DNA from: Camelus ferus
Taxonomy: Eukaryota
DNA: 64,000 nucleotides
Assembly (NCBI RefSeq): GCF_009834535.1
Contig: NC_045711.1
Span: 20,522,001-20,586,000 of the forward strand
Direction of reading: 5' to 3'
The notes under the pieces: generated by a model
The model's database searches: none
Seen by the model: only the letters and a program-made list of their open reading frames with translations
What the model was told of the DNA's origin: nothing
Shown: positions 13,607 to 24,800 of the stretch, one piece after another
How positions within the stretch are numbered: the first letter of the stretch is position 1
Layout of the letters: every line of letters begins with the position of its first letter
Made by a program: the position numbers and the translations under genes

Positions 13607-16527
13607 TGAGGTCACTCGATGCTTGTCCTGGTGCCTGGGGGGATTTGAGCTAGGGGCCTGAGAGGCCGGGAAACGTGGGGTGAGCGGGAAACGGTGGGGA
13701 GTGGGAAGGGGCCAGGCCCCGAGCTCGGTCTCCTGTTTAAGTTTGGGCTGATGTGCGGGTTGAAAAAAGGGTGAGTGGGCAGTAAATGAAGGGGTCTCAG
13801 TGCAGGTTTCCCCCAGGGTGGCAGGTAAAGTCCCCGGCCTGTCCATCCCCTCCCAGGCAGGCTCTTCGCAGGCTACTGGTCTCTGACCTGCGTCTGGGAC
13901 AGTTCCCCAAACTGGGAAATAGTTCTCTGAGTAAGAGAGGGGAGGAGCTTAGGGGGGCCGTGCTTGCGGGGCCGGGAAGCAGGCCTCCCTTATGACTGGT
14001 CAGGTTGGCTAGGCTGGGCAGCCTCTGGGAAGGGAGGAGAGGGAGAAAGACGGGTGCCTGTCCTGGGTGACAGTGGACAGGGCAGGGGACAAGTAGGCGC
14101 AGCTGTACCAGGAAATTGCAAATGAGAGGAAGCAGCAGGACTTAGACTTCAGGGGAGCGAGGTGTCTGGTGAGCAGGCCCTGCCTCTCTTTGTAGCCTGG
14201 CCTTGTGGTCTGGATTGAGGCTGAGGATGGTGGTAGCTTTGAGGCCTCCTAGCCTTCAGGGCGTAGCAGGTGGGCTGGTGTGGATGGCATGAGTCCAAGA
14301 ATCCTAATCACCTCACAGTTGTCCCACTTGAGTTTGGGACTCAGTGTTGTGCAGGTTGGCAAAGAACGTGGCCCTGATGGGTGTTGGACCAGGTGGTGGG
14401 GACTCCCGGGGAGTGACAGCCTGAGGGTGGTGTGGCCTGAGCCACTTTTCCTGGGTGTGTGGGTGGTTTCTGGTCTCCAGAGGCGAAGGAGTGTTTCGTC
14501 TAGACCAGAGCTGATCCTTCTTGCCCAGAAGTTCGTGGCTGGGTAAGGCTGACCTTGTGGTTGGTTCTCAGGGATGCCCCCCCACACCGTGCCCCCCCCC
14601 CCCCACGGAGCCCTGGGCTTTTAGATGCCAGATGTTTTAACATTTCTGCTGATCTTTTGGCTGGAATTTTATGCCCTAGAAAAATGCAGATTCCTGGAGG
14701 GGTATTTCTTTAAATCTTCTCAGTTATTTCTGTTTTGGTGGAAATTAAGCTCTAGACTTTTTCCAGAGGGCTTCTGGAGGAGGCATTTCTGAAGGGCAGG
14801 GTAGGAGTGTGGCGGGCTAGGTGGGGGTGCTAGAGCACCCAAGGCCATGCCCACCTGGGAGGTTTGGCCATGGTGTTTGCAGGAAAGGAGAAGGCGCAGA
14901 GGCTGTCTGGCTTCCTTTCTGGTGTCCATGCTCTGGAGTTTGGGCCCAGGGGAAGGGGTTGGAGTGCTCAGCTTGAGTGGGTGGTCATGGGTACCTTGGC
15001 GGATTCGGGCCCTTTGGACCACCCATGCTTACTCCGCAAGGTGGGCTCAGCCTGGGAGGGTTGGGGGCAGCTTCTGCTGGATCCAGCCTCTGGGATCCTC
15101 GCCTTCTGGCTTCTAGAGATACCCTGAGCCATCAGTCTCAGCCCATGCCCAAAGGCTGGCTCTGTCCTGCCATGTGTGTCCCCAGGTAGCAGAGACTGGG
15201 CCAGGAGGCTGGAAGCACCGGCTCTGCTGAGACCTGCCCCTCCCCCACCACAGGGCTCGCACACCTTTGATTCCGAGGCCGTTGGCTGCACTTGTGCTGA
15301 GTTCAGGGCTTCTGTGGAGGGTGAAATCTGTCGAGGAGGCACTTTTCGGATCCCAGCCGCCACGCTCTGCACTTTTCTGTGCGATCTCTTCAGGAAGTCA
15401 CCGTGTGCTCAGTGTCCGGGGGTGGAGGGAGGATGGCGGGTGGGAGAAGCTGCTGCCAGCGCTTTTTCTGTGGGCTGTCAGGTGGTGGGACCAGTGCGGT
15501 GACCCTGTACCCCTACTCTGGCTCAAGGCCGGTGGGAGGTCTCTTCCAGCGCCTCCCGGAGGCCTTGCTCCCTGGGTAGGTGTGGGGTCCTGAGGCTCTT
15601 CTGATCTCCAGCTCCTCTGCACCATCCCCGGCGCAAGGCTGGGTGAGGAGAGGTCTCTGCCCTGAGTGAGCGTGTGCCTCCCCCTCACCACGCTCTGCTC
15701 CCTGACAAGGGCAAGGAAGCATCCCAGTCCAGTCCGCATTAGGCCTCCACTTACCTCCCTGTGTCTGACTCGGAAGTCACGGCCGGAGTGGAGGGCGGAG
15801 GGGAACCAGGAATCCCAGGGTTAGGTGGATAAAAATGTTGCTGGCAGGGCTGCAGTAAGTGAGGGCAGGGTGTGGAAAGGGTGACCAAGTAGGTGGGAGG
15901 GGACCCTCTGGTTTTTGTTCCCTGCCTTGTGGGTGCTGACCCTGGTCAGGGTACTGGAGAACAGTTGGTGGCCCAGAGAGGGGCTGAGGTGGCCCCCTCT
16001 GGGCATCTTGTGGGCGCTCTTGTGAAACACCCTGGATGGGGTGGGGCAGGGGCACAAGAGGCTGTAACCCAAAGCCACAGGATGGTTACTCCATCAGCAG
16101 CAGAGGTGGACAGACAGGGCGGAGGGGCCTGGGGCCCGAGCTTTTCCAGCAGGGGTGTCTGCCACCGGGAGGTGGGGGACTCCCACCAGTGCGAAGACAG
16201 ACTCAGAGCTGGTTGGACAACCCTGGCTGATTCTCTTCACAGTGAGCAGTCTGGGAGGAGTCACTCTCCCACTTCTCCCCGGTGGGGACGTCCCCCCAAG
16301 CCTTTGTGGGAGCAGGGCTTTGTCCCAAGCGGGCTTAGGGGAGGTGGCTGCAGTGAGTAGAGCCTGGGAGTGCACACACACAGGGTCTCTGGTCCAGCCC
16401 TCACCTGCCATTGGCTAGGCTGGCCTTTCTGGCCCCAGCAGCTTGCTGGGCTGACAGTCCCCTGGGGCTGTGTTGGCTGGTGGCCTTGGGGAGTGCCAGG
16501 CCGGTGAGAGAGTGCGCGGGAGCGATG

Positions 16528-16540
16528 TGCTGAGTCAGCA
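16528..16540. promoter_or_regulatory. Perfect palindromic T-MARE TGCTGAGTCAGCA upstream of the MAFG coding exon, followed by AT-rich TTATTTTTAA (~16582-16591)
   Basis: Exact T-MARE consensus. Position fits the known Nrf2-responsive proximal mafG promoter ARE. Confidence 0.8.
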
Positions 16541-16907
16541 TGACTCGCCAGGAACAGCCAAGCTCTGGGGCGCACTGGGGTTATTTTTAAAGCTCCCGGC
16601 TTCCTTCTAGGCTGGCCCCTCCCGCATCCTTCTAATCTTTCTCCTGGCCCCTCTTCTTGCTTCTGCCTCCCTAACAGTCGTCCAGTTCCCCTTCCCCCAT
16701 CAGACCCTCCTGGCCTCCCACCTGGTTCCCTAGGGGCAGGGTGGACAGGGAGCAGCCCAGCTCGGGAGAGGCCTGAGGCCAGGTATCTGGGGGTGAGAGG
16801 GGGCTCAAGGGCTGTGTGTGGACTGGGGCAGGGCAGGGGGGCAGCCTCCAGGGTCCTGACCTGTGCTCCCTATCTCGCAGAGTGCCTGTTTGCTGTGCCC
16901 CCGGGTT

Positions 16908-17493
16908 ATGACGACCCCCAATAAAGGAAACAAGGCCTTGAAGGTGAGCAGACAGGGTGGGCACTGTCTTGGGGCTGGGGCGGCATCTGGGCGGGTGGCC
17001 CCCACTTGGCCCGTGACCTCGTGCCCTGTGCTCTCCGCAGGTGAAGCGGNNNNNNNNNNNNNNNNNNNNNNNNNNNNNNNNNNNNNNNNNNNNNNNNNNN
17101 NNNNNNNNNNNNNNNNNNNNNNNNNNNNNNNNNNNNNNNNNNNNNNNNNNNNNNNNNNNNNNNNNNNNNNNNNNNNNNNNNNNNNNNNNNNNNNNNNNNN
17201 NNNNNNNNNNNNNNNNNNNNNNNNNNNNNNNNNNNNNGCTGGAAAAGCAGAAGGCGGAGCTGCAGCAGGAGGTGGAGAAGCTGGCCTCGGAAAACGCCAG
17301 CATGAAGCTGGAGCTCGACGCCCTGCGCTCCAAGTACGAGGCCCTGCAGAACTTCGCCAGGACCGTGGCCCGAAGCCCCGTGGCGCCGGCTCGAGGCCCC
17401 CTGGCTTCCGGCTTGGGGCCCCTCGTCCCTGGCAAGGTGGCCGCCACCAGCGTCATCACGATAGTCAAGTCCAAGACGGACGCCCGGTCGTAG
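16908..17493 (+). CDS. MAFG: Small Maf bZIP transcription factor MafG, 162 aa. Exons 16908-16943 and 17041-17493 (188 N inside)
   Basis: [12 protein letters not shown]|VKR...[55 protein letters not shown]...[13 protein letters not shown]. The gap length preserves frame and the 162-aa size. Confidence 0.97.
17050..17237. other. Sequence gap (188 N) covering the MafG EHR and basic region
   Basis: N run. Confidence 1.
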
Positions 17494-20400
17494 GGACGCG
17501 CGCTGGCCCAGGCGGGTTTGCAAGGGGCCACTTGGCACGTGGTGAATCGGCAGCCCTGTCCCCTTCTTCCCCCTTCCTGTCCTCCTCTTCGCTCCCCTCC
17601 TCCTCCCTCCTCCCTTCCCTGCAAAGCACAACCTGTACCCCAGGGGCGCCGGGCTGAGCCCCTTGACCTCGTCGTTGTCATCGTGTGTTTTGTACGTTGG
17701 GATTGGTCGGTTTGGCGGTGACGTGCGGTCGCCCCAGCCTCCTTGGTACCAAGGGCAGGTGGGCTTGGCATCCAGAATTGGCCCTGTGGGAAGGCATGGA
17801 GGGAAGAGTTGAGCAGGTGCTCTGGGACATGTGTGTCCCTGAGTGGGTAGGGCTTCAGGGCAAGAGGGGCCCCCAGGCTAGCCGGAGGCTGGGTGCTTCA
17901 CCCTCGGCTCGGCTGGCGGGCAGAGGTGGGCACTGCTCAAAAGAGTAGGGTGTCCACGAGGGCCCTGGATGGGCAGGCCACCTGTCTGGCGCTGGGGCGG
18001 TGGGGCGTCGTGTGACTGTGGGCCAGGGGCCTTGGCGCTCGCGCCTGACGCGTTGCACTGAACAAGACCAAATCACTGGTTGTGAGCGTAGTGAAGGGTG
18101 TGTCCAGTGTCCTGCGATGGGTCCCGTGTCACTGTTTACATGACCTATTTGTGTGGTTACATAGCCCTTTATTTAAAAGAGAGAAGTTCCTTTTACGAAG
18201 TTATTAAATTATATGTTTAAAAGTTAAAGGAAAAAAAAGCTGCAGAGTATTTATAAAACTGTCTTTTTAAAAAAAGAAAAAAAGCAACAACATTTGACCA
18301 CAAAAACAGAAAAGGGAAGAAAGTATAATAGAAATTTTGCTAGTTTAAAAAAAGAAAAAATCCCTTTCTTGTAAACTTGCAGACAAGTCTTTGTGGCTGT
18401 TGGAGTTTAGTTTTTATATACACAGAGTTATCAGATGTTATTTATAAAACTTAGTTTAAAAAAAAAGACAAAAAAAAAAAGCCGAGCCGCGAGCGACCAA
18501 GGCGCGTCCTCTCTGCTATCTCTTTTGCAATTGTACCGAAAGTGACTTACTCCTTTGCCCTTCCTGCTTCCGTCTCTTGCCGGTGCCGTGGTGTCGTCTG
18601 TGCCTGGTGAGGTCTTGTGCAGCGTCACGTGCTGGTGCTTCTGGTGACCTTTGACCTGTGGGTGTCACTTCTTGTGTCTGTTCTCCCGTGTTTGTGTTCC
18701 GCATCTGGTTGTGGTTTTGATTCTGCCGGCTTGTCAGGCCCGGTCTGGGGGGCCAGGCCGCGCTCGATCCAACAGAGCTTGGGGGTCTGGGCTTGCCAGC
18801 CTGGCTTCTGCCCCAGGGGTCAGATGTGGGGCACCCCCACCTCCACCTGCTGACCCTTGGCCTTGCATGTGGGTCTCAGGCTCGGGCTGATCCAGGAGCA
18901 GGGTCGGTGAAATGAGGGCCATCCCTGGGACCCCCTGCACTACTTCCTTGCCCACCACCTCTGGTCCTGGTGGGAGTTTTGCAAGGACCCAGGAGTCCCT
19001 GTTTGTACCCACAGGGCCAGAGCCAAGCTGCCCCCGGCTGTCTTCCTCCTGGCCTCCAGTCAACGAGTTCAGGCTCCAGCCACCGACCCAGGGTTTGTCC
19101 CTGTGGGTCTCACGTGGGCTTCGGCAGGGGAACCCCAGGGGCCCACTGCCCACTCGTCCCAGAACTATTTCCATGCTGCAGGGCAGTGCTTCCCAGGCAG
19201 AACCAGGTGGTTTTGGGGCCCACCTGGGCAGCCCCTTCTCCTTGCCTGGGGACCTGGGGGTCTCCACCAGTGCCAGACAAGGGCTACGGTCTCCGGGGAC
19301 AGGCCCTGTCCCTCGTCTCCCCCAAACATGCTGGCAGCTCTCAGCTTTGGGCCTTCTTCCACCTCCCTGTGGGGTCTGTGTCTTCCAGGGGCCCACCGCC
19401 TGGCTGGCGGAGGTGCTTCTCCGGGGCTGAGTCAACTCCCCCCTCCTGGCCGCTTAGGGGAGGCAACCAGTCTTCCAGACTTGGCTTGGGCAGCTGCTTG
19501 TAGGCACATGAAGAAGCGACTCCCCTGGCTCTGGCCACGTGGGCCTTGGCCACTCCTTGGGGTCACTAGTTGGTTTCTCTGGGGACCCTGAACCCCTGAA
19601 AAAGTACAGAAGTGGGCTGATGAAGAGAAGAACCATGTGGCCTGGTGAGGTTTGACATTGTGGGCAGCAAGATCTTAACCCCAGAGTCTGACCCAGTGTA
19701 CCCAGGGATAGGAGGAGGGACACGCTGTCAGCTGCTGTCGCCTTGATGGGCTGCTCTTGGCACTAGACGCTCAGAGACTTTCCTGGCTGTACCCTGGTGA
19801 TGTCCAGTGGAGATTTTGACAGTGGACTCTGAATCACTGAGTGGCTTCCTTCGCCTCCTGCAGTCTGGCTTTGTCTCCCAGGGCCCGGACGAGAGTGGTT
19901 GATGTTGGTTGTCGCAGCGAGTTGGAATCCCATCCTAGGAATCTGTAAAGAGAGATCATGGCCTGTCCTGGACTGGGGAGGGACGGGCTCCCCAAGTCTG
20001 AGTACGCTCCCCACTTTTGTCCTGGCTGAGAGGAGGTGGTTCATCTCTGTGCACCCCTGCCAGGCTGTAGACCTGGAGAGAGGAGGGTGGGCATGTGCTG
20101 CAACAGAAACTGCACGTCCTTGGTTTGGTTTACAGATGCTTCTGGAGTTAGGCTGTATTTCCTTTGGAGGTTTTTGCATTTGGAGCAGTTGTTCCTTGGG
20201 TCTGGGGAGCATCCTGCTCCCATCAACCAGCCTCGCAGGGCCGCTCAGCCCCCTCTCCCCTTTACCTTGGTTCTTGACCTTGATCCTGTGTCCACATGTG
20301 AATGGTTGGCGTCTTTCTGATTCTCGTTGATTCATTTTTCCCACTGTGAACGTGTTGTGTTCTCTCTCAACTTTTCTGACACGGCGAACTGAGGGCTTTG

Positions 20401-21715
20401 GCTGAGGCCAAGTCTTGCAAACTTGTTCGCTAAGTATAACGCGCACCGTTCTACACACCTTGCCCTTGCCTGACTCCACCCTTATCTGGATGTGGACACA
20501 GATTTCAGAGCAGAACCCTTTGGGAACAGGTCAGTCCCTGCCCAGAGTGTGGCTCCAGGGAGCCCTCCCCGTGGCCCCTGGCCCCTGCTCTGGGTGGCCC
20601 TGTTTGTGCAGGTGAGATGCTGCGGCTGCTGTGTGGGGTGTCGGCTTCTGCTGGGTGCTAGACCTCCTGGTCCACGCTTTAGGTCTGTGCACAACCCTGG
20701 CCGTCAGCCGCAGCCTCGATGGTCAGTGCCTGGGCCCAGGGCTCTGATCAGCTGCAGCCTGCTTTGGGACAAGCTCCATCCCATTTCACCTGCCTCCCTC
20801 TCTGGGGTGGCGGAGTGGCCGGTTGGCCACAGTTCCAGTCCACAGCTGGGAAGCCGCAGCCTGCAGCACGGTTTCCGCTGTAGGATCTTGTAAGTTACTT
20901 TTTTAGGCTGTGGTTTGGTGAAAGGAACCAACACATTAACGATTTTTTCCCCCAGAAGCCACTGAATAATTCTTTTTGGCGCGTTTTCACCTTCCTGTTG
21001 GCTGTCTGGTTTTGGAGCAGATGGGAAGAGCGGAGGACACCCAGAGGCAGAGGTGTGCCCTTGAGACTAATGGCCTGTCCTGCTCTGGCCTGTGTGTCCT
21101 GAGAGTGTGCTGTACTTGTAGGGCCAGTTGCACACATTCCTTCCCCACTCTGGAGCAGCAGCCTTGGTACGTGGGTGTCCCTTGAGTCTGAGCTGGAGTG
21201 TCGGAGAGCAGGTTCCCGATGACCTGTTAAGGGGGACCCCTCCAATAACCTCATGTCCCAGCCCCACCCTTCTCCCCATCCCCTCAGTCCGCTAGTCCCT
21301 GAAGCCTTTAACCAAGCAGGAGTGGGTACAGAAAGCCTTCTCCTGGCATCTGAGGGCGGCAGGACAAAGGCTGTTCAGTGTCCCGTCCTGCTGCCCTCCC
21401 GGCAGAGAGGGTGGGCCAAGCGGAGTTGATCAGACCCTTCCTGCCCTGCCTAGGACTGAAGACAGGAGGTGGCGGGGTACCTGCGATCTGCCAGGGCAGG
21501 CGGGGTTGTTGAAGGTCCAGGTGGGGAGGGGCCTCAGCTGGGGCACCCGGGCTGACCTGGGGCGGCAGTGGCCTCGCGCCCTCCCTGCCCTGTGCAGTAT
21601 TTATTGCTAAATTATTGTCCAGGAGGGGCGGCACTGGACTGGGCCCCAGGGTATTTATTGCTGTACATAGTGTATGTTTGTGATATATAAGGTTTTCTTT
21701 ATTTTGTATATGATC

Positions 21716-21721
21716 AATAAA
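21716..21721 (+). terminator. Distal MAFG polyadenylation signal AATAAA, ending a ~4.2-kb 3'UTR
   Basis: AATAAA preceded by U/A-rich elements (TATTTATT x2, TGTACATA at 21662-21669, TTTTGTA). Confidence 0.8.
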
Positions 21722-21759
21722 AACCTTTTAAAGAGACTGGCAGGTGCTTCCTTGGGGCG

Positions 21760-21850
21760 GCGCGCGGGCGGGGCGGGGGGCCTCGCGCGCATGCGTCGGC
21801 GCGCCGCCTGCCGGGAGGCGGAAGCGGAAGCGCGGGTCTCCCCGGGAGCC
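21760..21850 (+). promoter_or_regulatory. Compact SIRT7 promoter: NRF1-like GCGCATGCGT (21787-21796) and tandem ETS/GABP CGGAAGCGGAAG (21819-21830)
   Basis: Motifs in the CpG island directly upstream of the ATG at 21851. Confidence 0.7.
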
Positions 21851-24800
21851 ATGGCCGCCGGGGGTTTGAGCCGGTCGGAGCGTAAGGCTGCGGAGCGGGT
21901 CCGGAGGTTGCGGGAGGAGCAGCAGCGGGAGCGCCTCCGCCAGGTACGCTGCCGCCGCCCGCCCCGCGCCGCGTCCCCGGCCCGCGCCGCCCTCACCGCC
22001 CGCCCCGCGCCCGCAGGTGTCTCGCATCCTGAGGAAGGCGGTGGCCGAGCGCAGCGCCGAGGAGGGCCGGCTCCTGGCTGAGAGCGAGGACCTGGTGACC
22101 GAGCTGCAGGGCCGGAGCAGGCGGCGCGAGGGCCTGAAGCGGCGGCAGGAGGAGGCGAGTCCGGGCGCGGGCGGGCAGGGGCGCGGCGGCGCGGGGCGGG
22201 GGCGGCTGACGGCCGGCCTCGGCGTCTCGGCAGGTGTGCGACGACCCAGAGGAGCTGCGGAGGAAAGTCCGGGAGCTGGCCGGCGCCGTCCGCAACGCCA
22301 AGTACCTGGTCGTCTACACGGGTGCGGGGATCAGCACGGTAGGGAGGCGAGGCGGGGATCGCCGCACCCCAAGTCGGATCCCAGGTCCCAGGGGAATCCG
22401 GGACTGCCGGGACGCGGGCTGGCGGGGGCGCCCCCTCCTGGCTGTCTAGGACCGAGCACGGTACTCTGTTGAGCAACACTAAAATGGGCAAAGAACTCAC
22501 CGTAAAAGTACCTCGGAGGTTCTTTCTTTTCATACAGAAACTCGGTGTGACTCAATTTAGGACTTCACTGAGTAAATAAACGTTCTTAAGTGCTCTAACT
22601 CTGTAATACCCAATTAGAGGCCCAGGGAAAGGAAGAGGGATGAAAATGGAAGGCAGTAGTTTAGTGCTTACAGTCTCCTCCTGATTTAAAGTTAAGGACA
22701 CAACGTTGTAAACCGACTATAACTCAATTTAAAAAAAAATAATAAAGTTAAGGAGGTTAATTCAGTGTCTCAAGGTTATGTGGGCAGAGCTAAGCCCAAA
22801 ACTGATTCTCCATTCATTGAGTGTTCTGAATATTGAGGGAAGGGAAGTAGAAAACAAGGCAGTATGAACTGGAGGGCACCAGGTAAGGAGCAGGAATGAT
22901 TTCGGTTTGAGAAGCTTTATGGAGAAGCTACCTGGGCCGTGGACTATGACCTGGCTTTGATGGCCTGGATAGCACGTTGTTTGCCTGATTGCTGGGTGTG
23001 AGTTGAGTGTGACCTACATGCAGGCCCAGCAGAGGCAGAGAGTGAGAATTTCCGTCCCAAGAGAAGCCTGTAGGCGATGGTAAGAAGCCATGTAAGCAAA
23101 CAGCTCTACTGTGAAGTTGGCAGTGGTAGGTCATTAGAATAGAAACACAAATACACTCTGTGGTCTCACAGAGCTGGGAAACCCATCTGGCTGGTGTTTT
23201 TGTGGGATGTAGCACTGAATCTGGGCCTTGAAGGATGAGTAAGGTTTTACAGGCACTTACGAAGTAAGACACTCGAAATAGGGATAACTGAAGAGGCCCA
23301 GTAGCAAGAACGTGTAAGGTATGTTTATTGCTTTAACTTACAGACACATGTGCATTCCCATCATGAAATTGTATAAAAGCAGTAATAATGCCTTTCAATG
23401 AACTGTAAGCGGTTATTAAAGCCATATGCTGCTCGTTACTTTGCTCTGAGTGTTACTGTTTGAGGTTCCCCTTTTCGATGTGAGTTAGAACCACTGTTCA
23501 GGGTGGGCATTTTTCTGAGTTTAAGCAGCAGGTGAGAGCTCCCCAGAAGGGAGGTTGTGCACAACTTCGGGAACACAAGACAACTTGATCCTGGCACCTT
23601 TTTGTTTTCTTCTCTCGGGGTGGCTCGGTTTCCCTGGATTGGGTACTTGGGAAATTCAGTAATGTTTACTCATCTGAAGAGGATGGCCTATCTTTACGAG
23701 GACAGGAACCACTCACAGCATCAGGATGTAAGAACTTGGAGGGAGGAGTGCCTGTGGACTCACTGTTTGCTAGCCCCTGAGCGCTGGCTGGGCCCTGGGG
23801 ACACACAGATGAGCCCGATAAGCCCTCCCCCTCAGTGTAGAGGACAGACGTGGCCACAGAGCCCAGGTTGAACTCCATGCTAGAAAGGCTCCCAGGGTGG
23901 GCGGGGTCCGGGCAGAGAGAAGGAGCCCCAGGGGTGCACTCCATGTGGGTTGAATTGAGGCCGGTCTGTGGGCCAGGCTTGAACGTGCTGGGAGAAAGTC
24001 TTGGGAATTCTGCCAGTACCTATTGTGATGCCTTTTCACTGCGCTTTTCTCTCTGATCATGCAGGCAGCCTCCATCCCAGATTACCGGGGCCCTAATGGC
24101 GTATGGACACTGCTTCAGAAAGGAAGAAGTGTTAGGTAAGCAGCCTGGCCCAGCCTCCCCATCTAGCTGAGCAGGAGCGGCACAGACCTGACCTCCGGCT
24201 CCCCTCACCTTGGCTTCCTTTCCACCCGGCAGTGCTGGCGACCTCAGTGAGGCTGAGCCAACTCTCACCCACATGAGCATCGCCCGCCTACACTGAGCAG
24301 AAGCTGGTAAGAGCGCAGGGTGGCTAGCTGCTGTCAGTTCCCCTTCTGTATCCTCTTGGGTACCAGAATCTGAGGACGCTCCAGGCTCTTGTCTGAGATG
24401 GCATAGTGTTTGCATATAACCTACTCACATTCTTTAAATCATTTCTAGGTCACTCTTAATACCTAATGAACACAGTGTAAATGCTGCGTAAACCGCTGTC
24501 CATACAACGTAAAGGCTGTGCAGATGGCTGCCAGCGTGTGGCAAATCAGTTTTGCTTTTTGGAACTCTCTGGATTTTCCCCCCAGAATATTTTTGATTCT
24601 TTGTTGGTTGAATCCAAGGGTGTGGAACCTCCAGATACCAAGGTCCAGTTGTACTCAGTGGGTCCATGGTGCCGACTCACGGCGCCCCCTTGGTGCCCAG
24701 GTGACCCCTGCATCCTACCTCCGTCGGCCAGTGGAGCCTGTGATGAACACCCAGAGTGGTTTAGACTCCTGGTTTGAGCCTCCTCCTCATCCTCCCATGC

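Noticed and set aside
15855-15860. Donor GCA|GTAAGT as another MAFG alternative first exon
   Set aside because: Plausible given the multiple first exons of mouse mafG, but several equally good donors exist in this intron and none can be chosen from sequence alone.
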